The notes under the pieces were generated by a model, which was given only the letters and a program-made list of their open reading frames with translations, was not told the origin of the DNA and ran no database searches. A stretch of DNA of 43,474 nucleotides from an uncultured Flavobacteriaceae bacterium. Lineage in GTDB: Bacteria > Bacteroidota > Bacteroidia > Flavobacteriales > Flavobacteriaceae. The DNA lies in contig CAZSSZ010000001.1 in NCBI GenBank assembly GCA_964609755.1, forward strand, positions 1-43,474, read 5' to 3'. Below, piece after piece: positions 35,491 through 43,474 of this stretch; position 1 is the stretch's first letter; each line of letters starts with the position of its first letter. The translations under genes were made by a program, and so were the position numbers.

Positions 35491-37290
35491 ATGCCACTGG
35501 TACATTCTACCGATATAGCTAAAGTCCTTGGTCTTGCCAAAACGGGTTTTTTTGGTCGTGTAGTGGGTAAATTTGTTCTTTGGTTGCTAAGCCTAGATAG
35601 GATTAATGCCATTTATGACAGAAGCGTAGCAAGTGGCGATGACTCCCATTTTTTAACGACGCTTTTACATCATTTTAAAATAGACTATCACCTTAGCCCG
35701 GAAGAGCTAAAGCGTATTCCAAAAGAGGGTCCCGCAGTTCTCGTTTCCAATCATCCTTTGGGAGGCATAGATGGAATTATTTTGATGCATTTTTTGCAAC
35801 AGGTACGACCCGATGTAAAGCTTATGGCAAATTTTTTATTGGAGCGTGCAATACCCTTAAAAAATTGGATTATCCCTGTAAATCCGTTTGATGCAAAGCA
35901 GTCTGAAAAATCGAGTGTGGGCGGGTTTAGGCAAGTGCTGCGTCATTTGCAAAACGACGGACTTTTCGCGGTTTTCCCTGCTGGAGAAGTCGCTTCAAAA
36001 CTCAAAAAACAAGTACCCATAGACTCCGAGTGGAATGAAGCTACCATGCGTCTTATTCAACGTGCGAATGTTCCTGTTGTACCCATTTATTTTCATGCTC
36101 GAAACAGTCCGTTATTTTATCGTCTTGCAAAAATGCATGGTTTGTTACGCACTGCCCGGCTTCCTGCCGAGTTACTGACGCAAAAATTCCGCACGATTGA
36201 TGTTCGCGTGGGAAAAGCCATCCCTGTAAAAGATCAAAGCAACCATGAGTCTGTATCGGCGTACTCCGAATTTTTACGCAAAAAAGTGTATATGCTTTCC
36301 AATAGTTTTGAGCGAAAGCCTATTTTGAACCGCGTGCCACAACCCTTTAGAAGACGGAGTAAAAAGGTGTTGCCCATTGCCCCTGAAGTGCCCCTTTCCA
36401 ATTTGGAAAATGAAATTCATCTTTTAAAAGAAGCCAAAAAGTCCCTGTTAGTATCCAAAGATTATGAGCTTTTTTTAACCCCATCTTTCCTAATTCCCAA
36501 TATGCTTACCGAAATTGGGAGACAGCGCGAAATTGCCTTTAGAGCTGTGGGCGAAGGCACCAACAAACCCCTAGACCTTGATCATTTTGATGAAGATTAT
36601 TTACACCTTTTTTTATGGGATCACAACGCAAAGCGTTTGGTGGGGGCATATCGTTTGGGATTAGGAAAAGAACTCATGAATACGCATGGATTGTCGGGGT
36701 TTTACCTTGCCGAACTCTTTAAATTCGAACCCGAAATTCAGCCTATGCTCAGCAATACCATTGAGTTGGGCAGGGCATTTGTAGCCAAGGAGTATCAGCA
36801 GCGCCCCATGCCCTTATTTTTACTTTGGAAAGGCATTATTCACGCAACACTACGCCACCCAGACCACGCCTTTCTTATGGGAAGTGTGAGCATTAGCAAC
36901 CAGTTCTCAAAGTTTACCAAGTCATTGATGATTGAATTTATGCGGTCGCATTATTACGATCCTTTTTTGGCACAATACATTACCCCAAAAAAAGAGTTTA
37001 AGGTGAAGCTAAACGATGCTGACAAAGAATTCGTTTTTGACGAAACCTCGGCAGACCTCAACAAGTTTGATAAGCTCATTGATGAGGTTGAACCTGGAAA
37101 TTTACGTTTGCCCGTACTAATTAAAAAATACATAAAACAAAATGCCCGTGTGGTCTCGTTTAATGTAGACCCACTTTTCAATAATGCCATTGACGGCTTA
37201 ATGTATATAAAAGTCAAAGATATTCCGGCGAGTACTGTACAACCAGTGTTGGAGGAATTTCAAGCCTCGCTAGAGGCAAATGGAGATTAG
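35491..37290 (+). CDS. Two-domain acyltransferase (N-terminal LPLAT/PlsC-type, C-terminal GNAT/OlsB-like), OlsF-like aminolipid synthase candidate
   Basis: The N-terminal part carries VSNHPLGGIDGIIL and FPAGEV (acyltransferase blocks). The C-terminal ~250 aa resemble the putative-hemolysin/OlsB-like N-acyltransferase family (REIAFRAVGEGTNKPLDLDHFDEDYLHLFLWD..LVGAYRLG). Size is 599 aa. Confidence 0.55.
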   Translation: MPLVHSTDIAKVLGLAKTGFFGRVVGKFVLWLLSLDRINAIYDRSVASGDDSHFLTTLLHHFKIDYHLSPEELKRIPKEGPAVLVSNHPLGGIDGIILMHFLQQVRPDVKLMANFLLERAIPLKNWIIPVNPFDAKQSEKSSVGGFRQVLRHLQNDGLFAVFPAGEVASKLKKQVPIDSEWNEATMRLIQRANVPVVPIYFHARNSPLFYRLAKMHGLLRTARLPAELLTQKFRTIDVRVGKAIPVKDQSNHESVSAYSEFLRKKVYMLSNSFERKPILNRVPQPFRRRSKKVLPIAPEVPLSNLENEIHLLKEAKKSLLVSKDYELFLTPSFLIPNMLTEIGRQREIAFRAVGEGTNKPLDLDHFDEDYLHLFLWDHNAKRLVGAYRLGLGKELMNTHGLSGFYLAELFKFEPEIQPMLSNTIELGRAFVAKEYQQRPMPLFLLWKGIIHATLRHPDHAFLMGSVSISNQFSKFTKSLMIEFMRSHYYDPFLAQYITPKKEFKVKLNDADKEFVFDETSADLNKFDKLIDEVEPGNLRLPVLIKKYIKQNARVVSFNVDPLFNNAIDGLMYIKVKDIPASTVQPVLEEFQASLEANGD

Positions 37291-37712
37291 TCGAGTAAAT
37301 GCGATTTTACAAAGTCCTTGCAATAGCCTTTAATTTCGTCTCGAGTGGCGGCAAAGGCAGCGTGAATTTTGTTTTCGTCTTCAGAAACTAACTTCGAGGG
37401 GTCAGAAAAATTTTTGTGCCAGCGTTGCGCTTTTTCACTTGGAATATACGGGCAATTTTCGTTGGCGTGGTCACAAACGGTAATGATGTGGTCAAAGGAA
37501 ATATCGGCATATTCATCTACGTGATTAGACGTGTGTTCGCTGATATCAATACCCGCTTCTTTCATAATGCTAACAGCACGTGGATTAAGTCCATGCGTTT
37601 CGATTCCAGCACTGTAAACACCAACTTTATGCCCGCCATAAAACTTCATAAACCCATGCGCCATTTGACTGCGACACGAATTTCCTGTACAAAGAATGAG
37701 AATATTTTTCAT
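37287..37712 (-). CDS. arsC: Thioredoxin-coupled arsenate reductase (LMW-PTP fold)
   Basis: ILILCTGNSCRSQMAHG is the CX5R P-loop. YSAGIETHGLNPRA is present, and TVCDHANENCP supplies the second and third Cys, equivalent to Cys82/Cys89 of pI258 ArsC. Confidence 0.8.
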   Translation of the reverse strand: MKNILILCTGNSCRSQMAHGFMKFYGGHKVGVYSAGIETHGLNPRAVSIMKEAGIDISEHTSNHVDEYADISFDHIITVCDHANENCPYIPSEKAQRWHKNFSDPSKLVSEDENKIHAAFAATRDEIKGYCKDFVKSHLLD

Positions 37713-37774
37713 GGGTGCTAAATAAATACTTCGTAACGTTTTACGGGTTTACTTTGTGTTAAGATTCCTTAAAA

Positions 37775-38713
37775 TTATGTGGTTTCAAAAACCTTTTTGA
37801 TTTTGGACAGGATGACCTCACTTAGCTTTAAATGACTTTGTACGGTCCAACCCGCTACGTGAGGCGTTAGCACCACATTTGGATGTTGGGATACATACTT
37901 CCATTCATCAGATTCTTCCAAAACCACATCAAAAGCAGCGGTTTCTTTGTCCAGTACGTCCAAACATGCCCCTTTGACCTTTCCACTTTTCAAGCCTTCC
38001 ACCAAATCGGGGGTAACCACTTGATTTCCACGGGCGGTATTGATTAGCCAAAAAGGGCTGTGCATTTTCGCAATAAAGTCCCGATTTACATAGTGATGAG
38101 TAGTATCGTTTAGGGGTAAATGCAGACTTACTACCTCCGCTTTTTCCATTAGGGTTTTTAAGGATACTTGTTGTGCAAATTCGTTGCTTTTGTCAGGCAA
38201 AATATCATGGCACAGAACGGTTACATCAAAACCCGAAAGATTTTTGGCAAACTGTTTTCCGGTGTGTCCGTAGCCAATAATCCCAATGGTTTTTCCACTG
38301 AGCGCTTCACCGCGATTGGCTTCACGTTGCCAGATGCCGTTGCGCACTTCGGTAGTTGCTTTTGGGATTTTATTGAATAGACTCAATAGCATGCCTAGCA
38401 CGTGTTCGCCCACAGCGGGACTGTTTCCCTCGGGAGCTGCCAAAACAGCGATCCCTAATTTTTCAGCCGTTTTCACATCAATATTTTCCAAACCCGAGCC
38501 TACACGAGCGATGAATTTTAGGCTTGTTGCCTTGTGCAAAAAAGCACTGTCTATGGGAAATCGACTTCGAATAACAAGACCCTGGTAGCGTTCAATTTCA
38601 CGCTCAATTTCTTCTTTGGATGACGAGGTGTTTACCTCGTTTTCAAACCCCATAGCTTCAAGCCCTTCTATTAATGCAGGGTGATTTTCATCTACGTGTA
38701 AAATCCGTATCAT
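37775..38713 (-). CDS. D-isomer-specific 2-hydroxyacid dehydrogenase family protein (phosphoglycerate dehydrogenase-like)
   Basis: The NAD-binding motif is GKTIGIIGYGHTGKQFA. Catalytic-region motifs are NTARG and LTPHVAGWT. Size is 312 aa. Confidence 0.8.
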   Translation of the reverse strand: MIRILHVDENHPALIEGLEAMGFENEVNTSSSKEEIEREIERYQGLVIRSRFPIDSAFLHKATSLKFIARVGSGLENIDVKTAEKLGIAVLAAPEGNSPAVGEHVLGMLLSLFNKIPKATTEVRNGIWQREANRGEALSGKTIGIIGYGHTGKQFAKNLSGFDVTVLCHDILPDKSNEFAQQVSLKTLMEKAEVVSLHLPLNDTTHHYVNRDFIAKMHSPFWLINTARGNQVVTPDLVEGLKSGKVKGACLDVLDKETAAFDVVLEESDEWKYVSQHPNVVLTPHVAGWTVQSHLKLSEVILSKIKKVFETT

Positions 38714-38714
38714 C

Positions 38715-40073
38715 TTAAAAACCTAAAAGGATTTTGGCGATATAGAAAAAGAGAAAAATGCCAAAAATATCGTTGCTTGTGGTGATAAATGGTCCTGTGG
38801 CAATAGCAGGATCGATGTTGTTTTTGTCCAAAATAATGGGTACAAAAGTACCTACCAGTGCCGAAACCACAATAACACAAAGCATAGAAAGCGCAATAAT
38901 AAAACTGACAGCTGTTTCTATCTCCATGAAATATCCAAAAATTAGCAGAAGCGACCCTAGTGCTACGCCATTTATAAGACTTAACCCTACTTCTTTTAAG
39001 AGGCGATTAAAAAGGCTTCCTTTTACAATGTCGTTGGCCAATCCTTGTACAATAATCGCAGAGGATTGTACCCCAACATTACCTGCCATTGCGGCAATCA
39101 GTGGCGTAAAAAAGAATAGCGTTTTATAGGATGGATGGTTCATCACCTCTTCAAAACCTTCGAGGATAAATACGCTTCCCAAACCCCCAAAAAGCCCTAA
39201 AATAAGCCATGGTAAACGTGCTTTGGTTAGGTCAATAATGCTGTCATCGGCTTCCACATCCGTAGAAATACCTGCTGCCAATTGGTAATCTTTATCGGCT
39301 TCTTCTTTTATAAAATCTATGATGTCGTCAATGGTAATACGCCCCAAAAGCTGTTTTTCATCATTGACAACTGGTATGGCTTCGAGGTCATATTTTGCCA
39401 TAAGCTTGGCAACTTCTTCGCCCTCGTCCTGTACGTTTACATAATCCACTTTTGGGATATACACCGATTTGATTTTTGCACGGTCTTTTGCGGTTAGCAA
39501 ATCTTTTAACGACAATCTGCCTAGCAGTATATTGTTATCATCCACCACATATATGGAATGCACCCGCTTCACTTCTGAAGCTTGAACGCGCATTTCGCGC
39601 ACACATTTGGTAACCGTCCAGTTCTCATTAACTTTTACCAATTCTTTTGCCATCAGACCCCCGGCAGAATCCTCGTCGTAAGAAAGCAATTCTTGAATAT
39701 CTTGTGCATGCTCCTCGTCCTCAATTTGCGCAATAACTTCCGCCTGACGTTCTTGGGGAAGTTCCGCAATCAAGTCCACCGCATCATCGGTGTCTAATTC
39801 CTCTACCTCTTCAGCAATTTCCTTTACGGAAAGCAGTTCTAAAATGCGTTCTCTGATGTCTTCATCCAGTTCTGTAAGTACATCGGAAGTTTTTTCGGAG
39901 TCGAGGAGTTTTATCAGATAAACCCCCTCGTCAATGGAAAGCTCATCGATAATTTCGGCAAGGTCGGCGTAGTGATATTCGCTAGTGCGTTTTTTCAGCG
40001 CAGCAGTTTTACGCTGCTCAATGTCGCTTTTTATTTGCGCTAAAAGTTCGTCATTGAGTTGAAAGGGTGTCAT
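38715..40073 (-). CDS. mgtE: Magnesium transporter MgtE
   Basis: An N-terminal MgtE-N domain is followed by a CBS pair ([11 protein letters not shown].., ..[22 protein letters not shown]) and a C-terminal five-TM MgtE domain ([10 protein letters not shown].., [23 protein letters not shown]). Confidence 0.93.
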   Translation of the reverse strand: MTPFQLNDELLAQIKSDIEQRKTAALKKRTSEYHYADLAEIIDELSIDEGVYLIKLLDSEKTSDVLTELDEDIRERILELLSVKEIAEEVEELDTDDAVDLIAELPQERQAEVIAQIEDEEHAQDIQELLSYDEDSAGGLMAKELVKVNENWTVTKCVREMRVQASEVKRVHSIYVVDDNNILLGRLSLKDLLTAKDRAKIKSVYIPKVDYVNVQDEGEEVAKLMAKYDLEAIPVVNDEKQLLGRITIDDIIDFIKEEADKDYQLAAGISTDVEADDSIIDLTKARLPWLILGLFGGLGSVFILEGFEEVMNHPSYKTLFFFTPLIAAMAGNVGVQSSAIIVQGLANDIVKGSLFNRLLKEVGLSLINGVALGSLLLIFGYFMEIETAVSFIIALSMLCVIVVSALVGTFVPIILDKNNIDPAIATGPFITTSNDIFGIFLFFYIAKILLGF

Positions 40074-40833
40074 CCGCTATTTTTTGTGTCAAGTGAATAA
40101 ACGCTGAAACGTCCAGCCGTTCCGGACGCTCATCAAAGATACTATCTTCTTTTAAACTAGCCGACAGTCCAAACGATTTTAGGCTATTCCGCAAGGTTTT
40201 CCGACGTTGTTGAAAGGCGGTTTTGACTACCCTAAAAAACAAGGCATCGTCGCAGGGAAGGGTGAATTCTTTTTTTCGCGTGAGTCGAATCACCCCAGAA
40301 GCTACTTTTGGTGGCGGGTCAAATACAAATCGGGAGACATTAAAAAGGTATTCACAATCGTAAAAGGCTTGCGCGAACACCGATAAAATCCCGTAGGCTT
40401 TACTGCCCGGTTTTTCACAGATGCGCTCGGCAACTTCTTTTTGAAACATTCCCGCAAATTCCGGTACCCGCTCCCGTTGTTCAATGACTTTAAATAATAT
40501 TTGACTTGAAATGTTATAGGGAAAGTTGCCAATGATAGCAACCTGATCTTGAAAATAATCACTAAGCCTGAGCTTTAAAAAATCTCCCTCAATAATGTTG
40601 TTTTCAAGTTTTATGAAATGCGTTTTTAGGTAATCAACCGATTCGGAGTCGATTTCGATAACATACGAGGTAAATGGTTTTTGCAAAAGGTATTGTGTGA
40701 GTACTCCCATACCGGGACCAATTTCCAGCACTTCGTTGTAGCCTTTTCCGGAAATCGTATCGGCGATATTTTGCGCGATGTTTTGGTCCGTCAAAAAGTG
40801 TTGTCCCAAATGTTTTTTTGGTCGAACACTCAT
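40051..40833 (-). CDS. rsmA: 16S rRNA (adenine1518/1519-N6)-dimethyltransferase
   Basis: Present are [15 protein letters not shown], the SAM motif [12 protein letters not shown] and GNFPYNISS. Size is 260 aa. Confidence 0.93.
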   Translation of the reverse strand: MSVRPKKHLGQHFLTDQNIAQNIADTISGKGYNEVLEIGPGMGVLTQYLLQKPFTSYVIEIDSESVDYLKTHFIKLENNIIEGDFLKLRLSDYFQDQVAIIGNFPYNISSQILFKVIEQRERVPEFAGMFQKEVAERICEKPGSKAYGILSVFAQAFYDCEYLFNVSRFVFDPPPKVASGVIRLTRKKEFTLPCDDALFFRVVKTAFQQRRKTLRNSLKSFGLSASLKEDSIFDERPERLDVSAFIHLTQKIADDTLSTQ

Positions 40834-41147
40834 GCGTATGATTTCAAAAATTCCAATCTACTGGCAAACGCCACCCAATGTTTGGGGAAGGTTCTGTACA
40901 ATTTTTGCATTGCCAAGGGGTGTCCAATATCTTTTACCCACTTCAGGTGATCAGGTTCTGCGCAATAAAACTGCATGCTAAAAGTAGCCCCTTTTACAGG
41001 CTCAATACCGTCTTCAAACTCCACACGCAACAGATCAATTTGCTGTACGGACTGTGCCAGCTCGGGCAACAATTCTTTATCCACATAGGTAGCCCAATCT
41101 TTTTCAATAGTGGGTTCTACAATAAAGGTGATGTTGTAAATCTGCAT
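40830..41147 (-). CDS. Small conserved hypothetical protein (DUF4286-like)
   Basis: The sequence is [30 protein letters not shown]... The ATG at 41147 is preferred because the listed ORF extends upstream into the serS coding region. Its stop overlaps the rsmA start (ATGA). Confidence 0.6.
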   Translation of the reverse strand: MQIYNITFIVEPTIEKDWATYVDKELLPELAQSVQQIDLLRVEFEDGIEPVKGATFSMQFYCAEPDHLKWVKDIGHPLAMQKLYRTFPKHWVAFASRLEFLKSYA

Positions 41148-41148
41148 A

Positions 41149-42420
41149 CTAATTGATAAGCTCAAACCCAGTATACGGTACCAAGGCTTTTGGAATGCGG
41201 ATGCCCTCTGGGGTTTGATGATTTTCCAATATTCCGGCAACAATTCGTGGTAGCGCTAACGAGCTGCCGTTTAGGGTGTGTGCCAATTGCTTTTTGCCAT
41301 CAGTTGCTTTGTAACGCAGCTTTAGGCGGTTGGCTTGAAAGCTTTCAAAATTCGATACCGAACTTACTTCTAACCACCTGTTTTGTGCGGTAGAAAAGAC
41401 CTCAAAATCAAAGGTAAGTGCGGAGGTAAATCCCAAATCGCCACCGCATAAGCGCAAGATACGGTAGGGTAATTCTAATGATTCAAGGAGTTTACCCACA
41501 TGCGCTACCATATCGTCTAATGCGGCATAGGAATGCTCGGGTTCTTCGATGCGCACCAGTTCTACTTTGTCAAATTGATGTAACCGATTCAATCCGCGAA
41601 CGTGTGCTCCATAGCTTCCTGCTTCGCGCCGAAAGCAAGGCGTGTATGCTGTAAGTTGAATAGGCAATTCGGAAGCTTGCAAAAGGCTATCGCGGTAGAT
41701 GTTCGTAACAGGAACTTCGGCGGTGGGGATTAGGTACAAATCGTCTTCGGTAACGTGATACATTTGCCCTTCTTTGTCGGGCAATTGCCCAGTGCCAAGC
41801 CCCGAGGCTTCGTTTACCATGTGCGGGACTTGCACTTCGCCGTAGCCTGCGGCAGTATTAAAATCTAAAAAATAATTGATAAGCGCACGTTGCAATTTTG
41901 CCCCTTTACCGGTATACACAGGAAACCCTGCTCCGGTGATTTTGGCGCCCAATTCAAAATCGATGAGGTTGTATTTTTTTGCCAATTCCCAGTGCGGGAG
42001 TGCGTCCTTTTGGAGGGTAGGAATGGCACCGTGTTCCGAAACCACCTCGTTGTCTTCGTCCGAATTTCCTTTGGGAACACTTTCGTGTGGAATATTAGGC
42101 AATTGATACAAGAGGTCTTGCAACGCATTTGCTGTTTGCTGTAAGCTTTCTTGTAGCGTTTTGGCGGTAGCTTTTAATGTTGCTGAGGCTTCCTTTTTTT
42201 GATTGGCTTCAGCTCTTGCGCCTTGCTTAAATAGCTGTCCGATTTCTTTGGCAATACTATTGGCGCTTGCCAGCGTTTGGTCGAGTTCGGCTTGCGTGGC
42301 ACGACGTGTCTCGTCTAATTCCAAAAGGCGTTGCAATTGCGGCTTTGCCGCTATATTGCGCTTTTCCAGTGCAGCAACAACTTGGTCAAAATGTTCTCGG
42401 ACATATGCGGGAATAAGCAT
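41149..42420 (-). CDS. serS: Seryl-tRNA synthetase
   Basis: An N-terminal coiled-coil arm is followed by class II motifs (FRREAGSYG.., GLNRLHQFDKVE, TLNGSSLALPR). Size is 423 aa. Confidence 0.95.
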   Translation of the reverse strand: MLIPAYVREHFDQVVAALEKRNIAAKPQLQRLLELDETRRATQAELDQTLASANSIAKEIGQLFKQGARAEANQKKEASATLKATAKTLQESLQQTANALQDLLYQLPNIPHESVPKGNSDEDNEVVSEHGAIPTLQKDALPHWELAKKYNLIDFELGAKITGAGFPVYTGKGAKLQRALINYFLDFNTAAGYGEVQVPHMVNEASGLGTGQLPDKEGQMYHVTEDDLYLIPTAEVPVTNIYRDSLLQASELPIQLTAYTPCFRREAGSYGAHVRGLNRLHQFDKVELVRIEEPEHSYAALDDMVAHVGKLLESLELPYRILRLCGGDLGFTSALTFDFEVFSTAQNRWLEVSSVSNFESFQANRLKLRYKATDGKKQLAHTLNGSSLALPRIVAGILENHQTPEGIRIPKALVPYTGFELIN

Positions 42421-42431
42421 AACGGTATTTT

Positions 42432-43367
42432 TTACAAAGGTAAAGTTTTGTGTGCAGCCAAAATAGTGACCTTATCTTTTTCCAACTGCTTTTGTAAGGC
42501 ATTTAAGGATTCGAATTTCACTTCATCTCTAATACGCTGAATAAGAGCTACTTGTATTGGTTGGTTATAAATATCCTCCGACCAGTCAAAAATATTAACC
42601 TCTATACTTTGGTGTTGCCCATTTACAGTAGGATTTATGCCAATGTTCATCATGCCCAAGTGTTGCACATTTCCAATGGTTATGCTTACGGCATAAACCC
42701 CATTTTTAGGAATAATTTTATCGGGGTGATGGATGGCGATATTAGCCGTTGGAAATCCTAGGGTTCGTCCGCGTTGCTGCCCTTGAATCACTGTTCCGGA
42801 AAGTGTGAAGGGATGTCCCAAATAGCTGTGGGCTAAAGTTACATCGCCTTGCATTAGGGCAGTTCTAATTTTGGTAGAACTCACGGAGATATTATCAATC
42901 TCTTCGGCACTTATTTGGGTTACTTCAAACCCATAGACCTCGCCAAAATGCAGCAGGTCTTCAACGTTTGCAGTACGGTTTTTTCCAAATCTGTGGTTAT
43001 GCCCAATTATGATATGTGCCACGTTGAGCATATCCACCAAAATTTCTTTTACATAGGCTGCTGCGCTCAGTTGCGAAAAGGCTTTGGTAAAGGGGTGGAC
43101 AACCATATGTTCTAACCCTAGACCTTCCAAGGTTTGGGCGCGCTCTTCAAGCGTTTGAATGAGTGGCATAGACACGTTGGGTTGTAATACTTTTCTGGGG
43201 TGTGGGTCAAAGGTCAGAAGTGTTGGTGCATAGCCACTTTTGCGTGCTTCCGCTACAACTTGTGAAATAATTTTTTGGTGTCCCAAATGCACGCCATCAA
43301 AGGTGCCTACGGTAACTACCGTTTTTGTTTTTGGTGAAAACGCGGCACTTTGCTTCAGGATACTCAT
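42432..43367 (-). CDS. ribF: Bifunctional riboflavin kinase / FMN adenylyltransferase
   Basis: The FAD synthetase part shows VVTVGTFDGVHLGHQKII. The riboflavin kinase part shows GQQRGRTLGFPTANI and the RIRDEVKFESL tail. Size is 311 aa. Confidence 0.93.
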   Translation of the reverse strand: MSILKQSAAFSPKTKTVVTVGTFDGVHLGHQKIISQVVAEARKSGYAPTLLTFDPHPRKVLQPNVSMPLIQTLEERAQTLEGLGLEHMVVHPFTKAFSQLSAAAYVKEILVDMLNVAHIIIGHNHRFGKNRTANVEDLLHFGEVYGFEVTQISAEEIDNISVSSTKIRTALMQGDVTLAHSYLGHPFTLSGTVIQGQQRGRTLGFPTANIAIHHPDKIIPKNGVYAVSITIGNVQHLGMMNIGINPTVNGQHQSIEVNIFDWSEDIYNQPIQVALIQRIRDEVKFESLNALQKQLEKDKVTILAAHKTLPL

Positions 43368-43474
43368 GGTGCTAGGGTGTTTCCATTATGCAAATTCATG
43401 GCGGTTTGAACGCCGTCTGTAACAAAAGACAATGCGGCTTGTGCAGCTTTATCAATGGCAAAGGGGAGGTCTTT
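43364..43474 (-). CDS. 3' end (36 codons) of an unidentified upstream CDS, truncated by the window edge
   Basis: The minus-strand frame is open from the window edge (..KDLPFAIDKAAQAALSFVTDGVQTAMNLHNGNTLAP*). Its TGA stop overlaps the ribF ATG (ATGA), which suggests translational coupling. Too little sequence is present to name it. Confidence 0.4.
   Translation of the reverse strand, partial: KDLPFAIDKAAQAALSFVTDGVQTAMNLHNGNTLAP

Noticed and set aside
37287-37712. arsC considered as a marker of an arsenic-resistance island
   Set aside because: No arsR, arsB/acr3, arsA/D or mobility genes are adjacent. It sits among housekeeping genes and is convergent with the acyltransferase gene.
41148-41243. 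N-terminal 32-codon extension of the DUF4286-like ORF
   Set aside because: It would overlap the last ~95 nt of serS in another frame. The internal ATG at 41147 sits 1 nt after the serS stop and begins the conserved MQIYNITF.. sequence.
24027-43474. Right-hand 19 kb screened for defence systems, prophage/ICE remnants (SSB, YraN nuclease, Mfd helicase, HDAC-like), toxin-antitoxin pairs and mobile elements
   Set aside because: Each of these genes matches an ordinary housekeeping family and sits in tight operon-like arrays with aminoacyl-tRNA synthetases, rsmA, mgtE and ribF. I saw no integrase, transposase, tRNA attachment site, direct-repeat boundaries or clustered nuclease/ATPase/methylase modules.

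Overview
The window looks like a marine-type Bacteroidota (Flavobacteriia-like) chromosome segment. This is inferred from SusC/SusD genes, many lipoprotein signals, TAnnTTTG -7 boxes with short leaders, and the gene content. Nt 1-24026 is a single co-directional (+ strand) polysaccharide utilisation locus (PUL) whose enzymes point to beta-1,3/1,6-glucan (laminarin-type) use. In order it encodes: SusC (5'-truncated by the window edge), SusD, a PKD plus duplicated CBM-like surface lipoprotein, and a 1054-aa secreted protein with a clan GH-A catalytic domain and a ~650-aa beta-rich, barrel-like C-terminal region. These are followed by a second multi-module binding lipoprotein, two GH16 laminarinases, a signal-less 1176-aa GH94/GH149-like glucan phosphorylase, a GH17-like lipoprotein, GH30, a GPH/MFS symporter fused to a GH17 domain, a paralogous signal-less GH17, and a GH3 beta-glucosidase carrying an inserted EF-hand pair. 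Nt 24027-43474 is compact housekeeping DNA: YeeZ-like SDR, CBS protein, tail-less SSB, HDAC-family deacetylase, metG, yraN, ACT-domain protein, mfd, GNAT, aspartate kinase, OlsF-like acyltransferase, arsC, 2-hydroxyacid dehydrogenase, mgtE, rsmA, DUF4286-like protein, serS and ribF. I found no rRNA, tRNA, CRISPR, transposase, integrase or recognisable defence genes. The leads most worth follow-up are the GH-domain/barrel-like fusion, the transporter-GH17 fusion with its tandem paralogue, the phosphorolytic branch, the EF-hand insertion in GH3, and a mosaic tandem duplication inside the first binding protein. All family calls rest on motifs, size and context read by eye. No database search was run.
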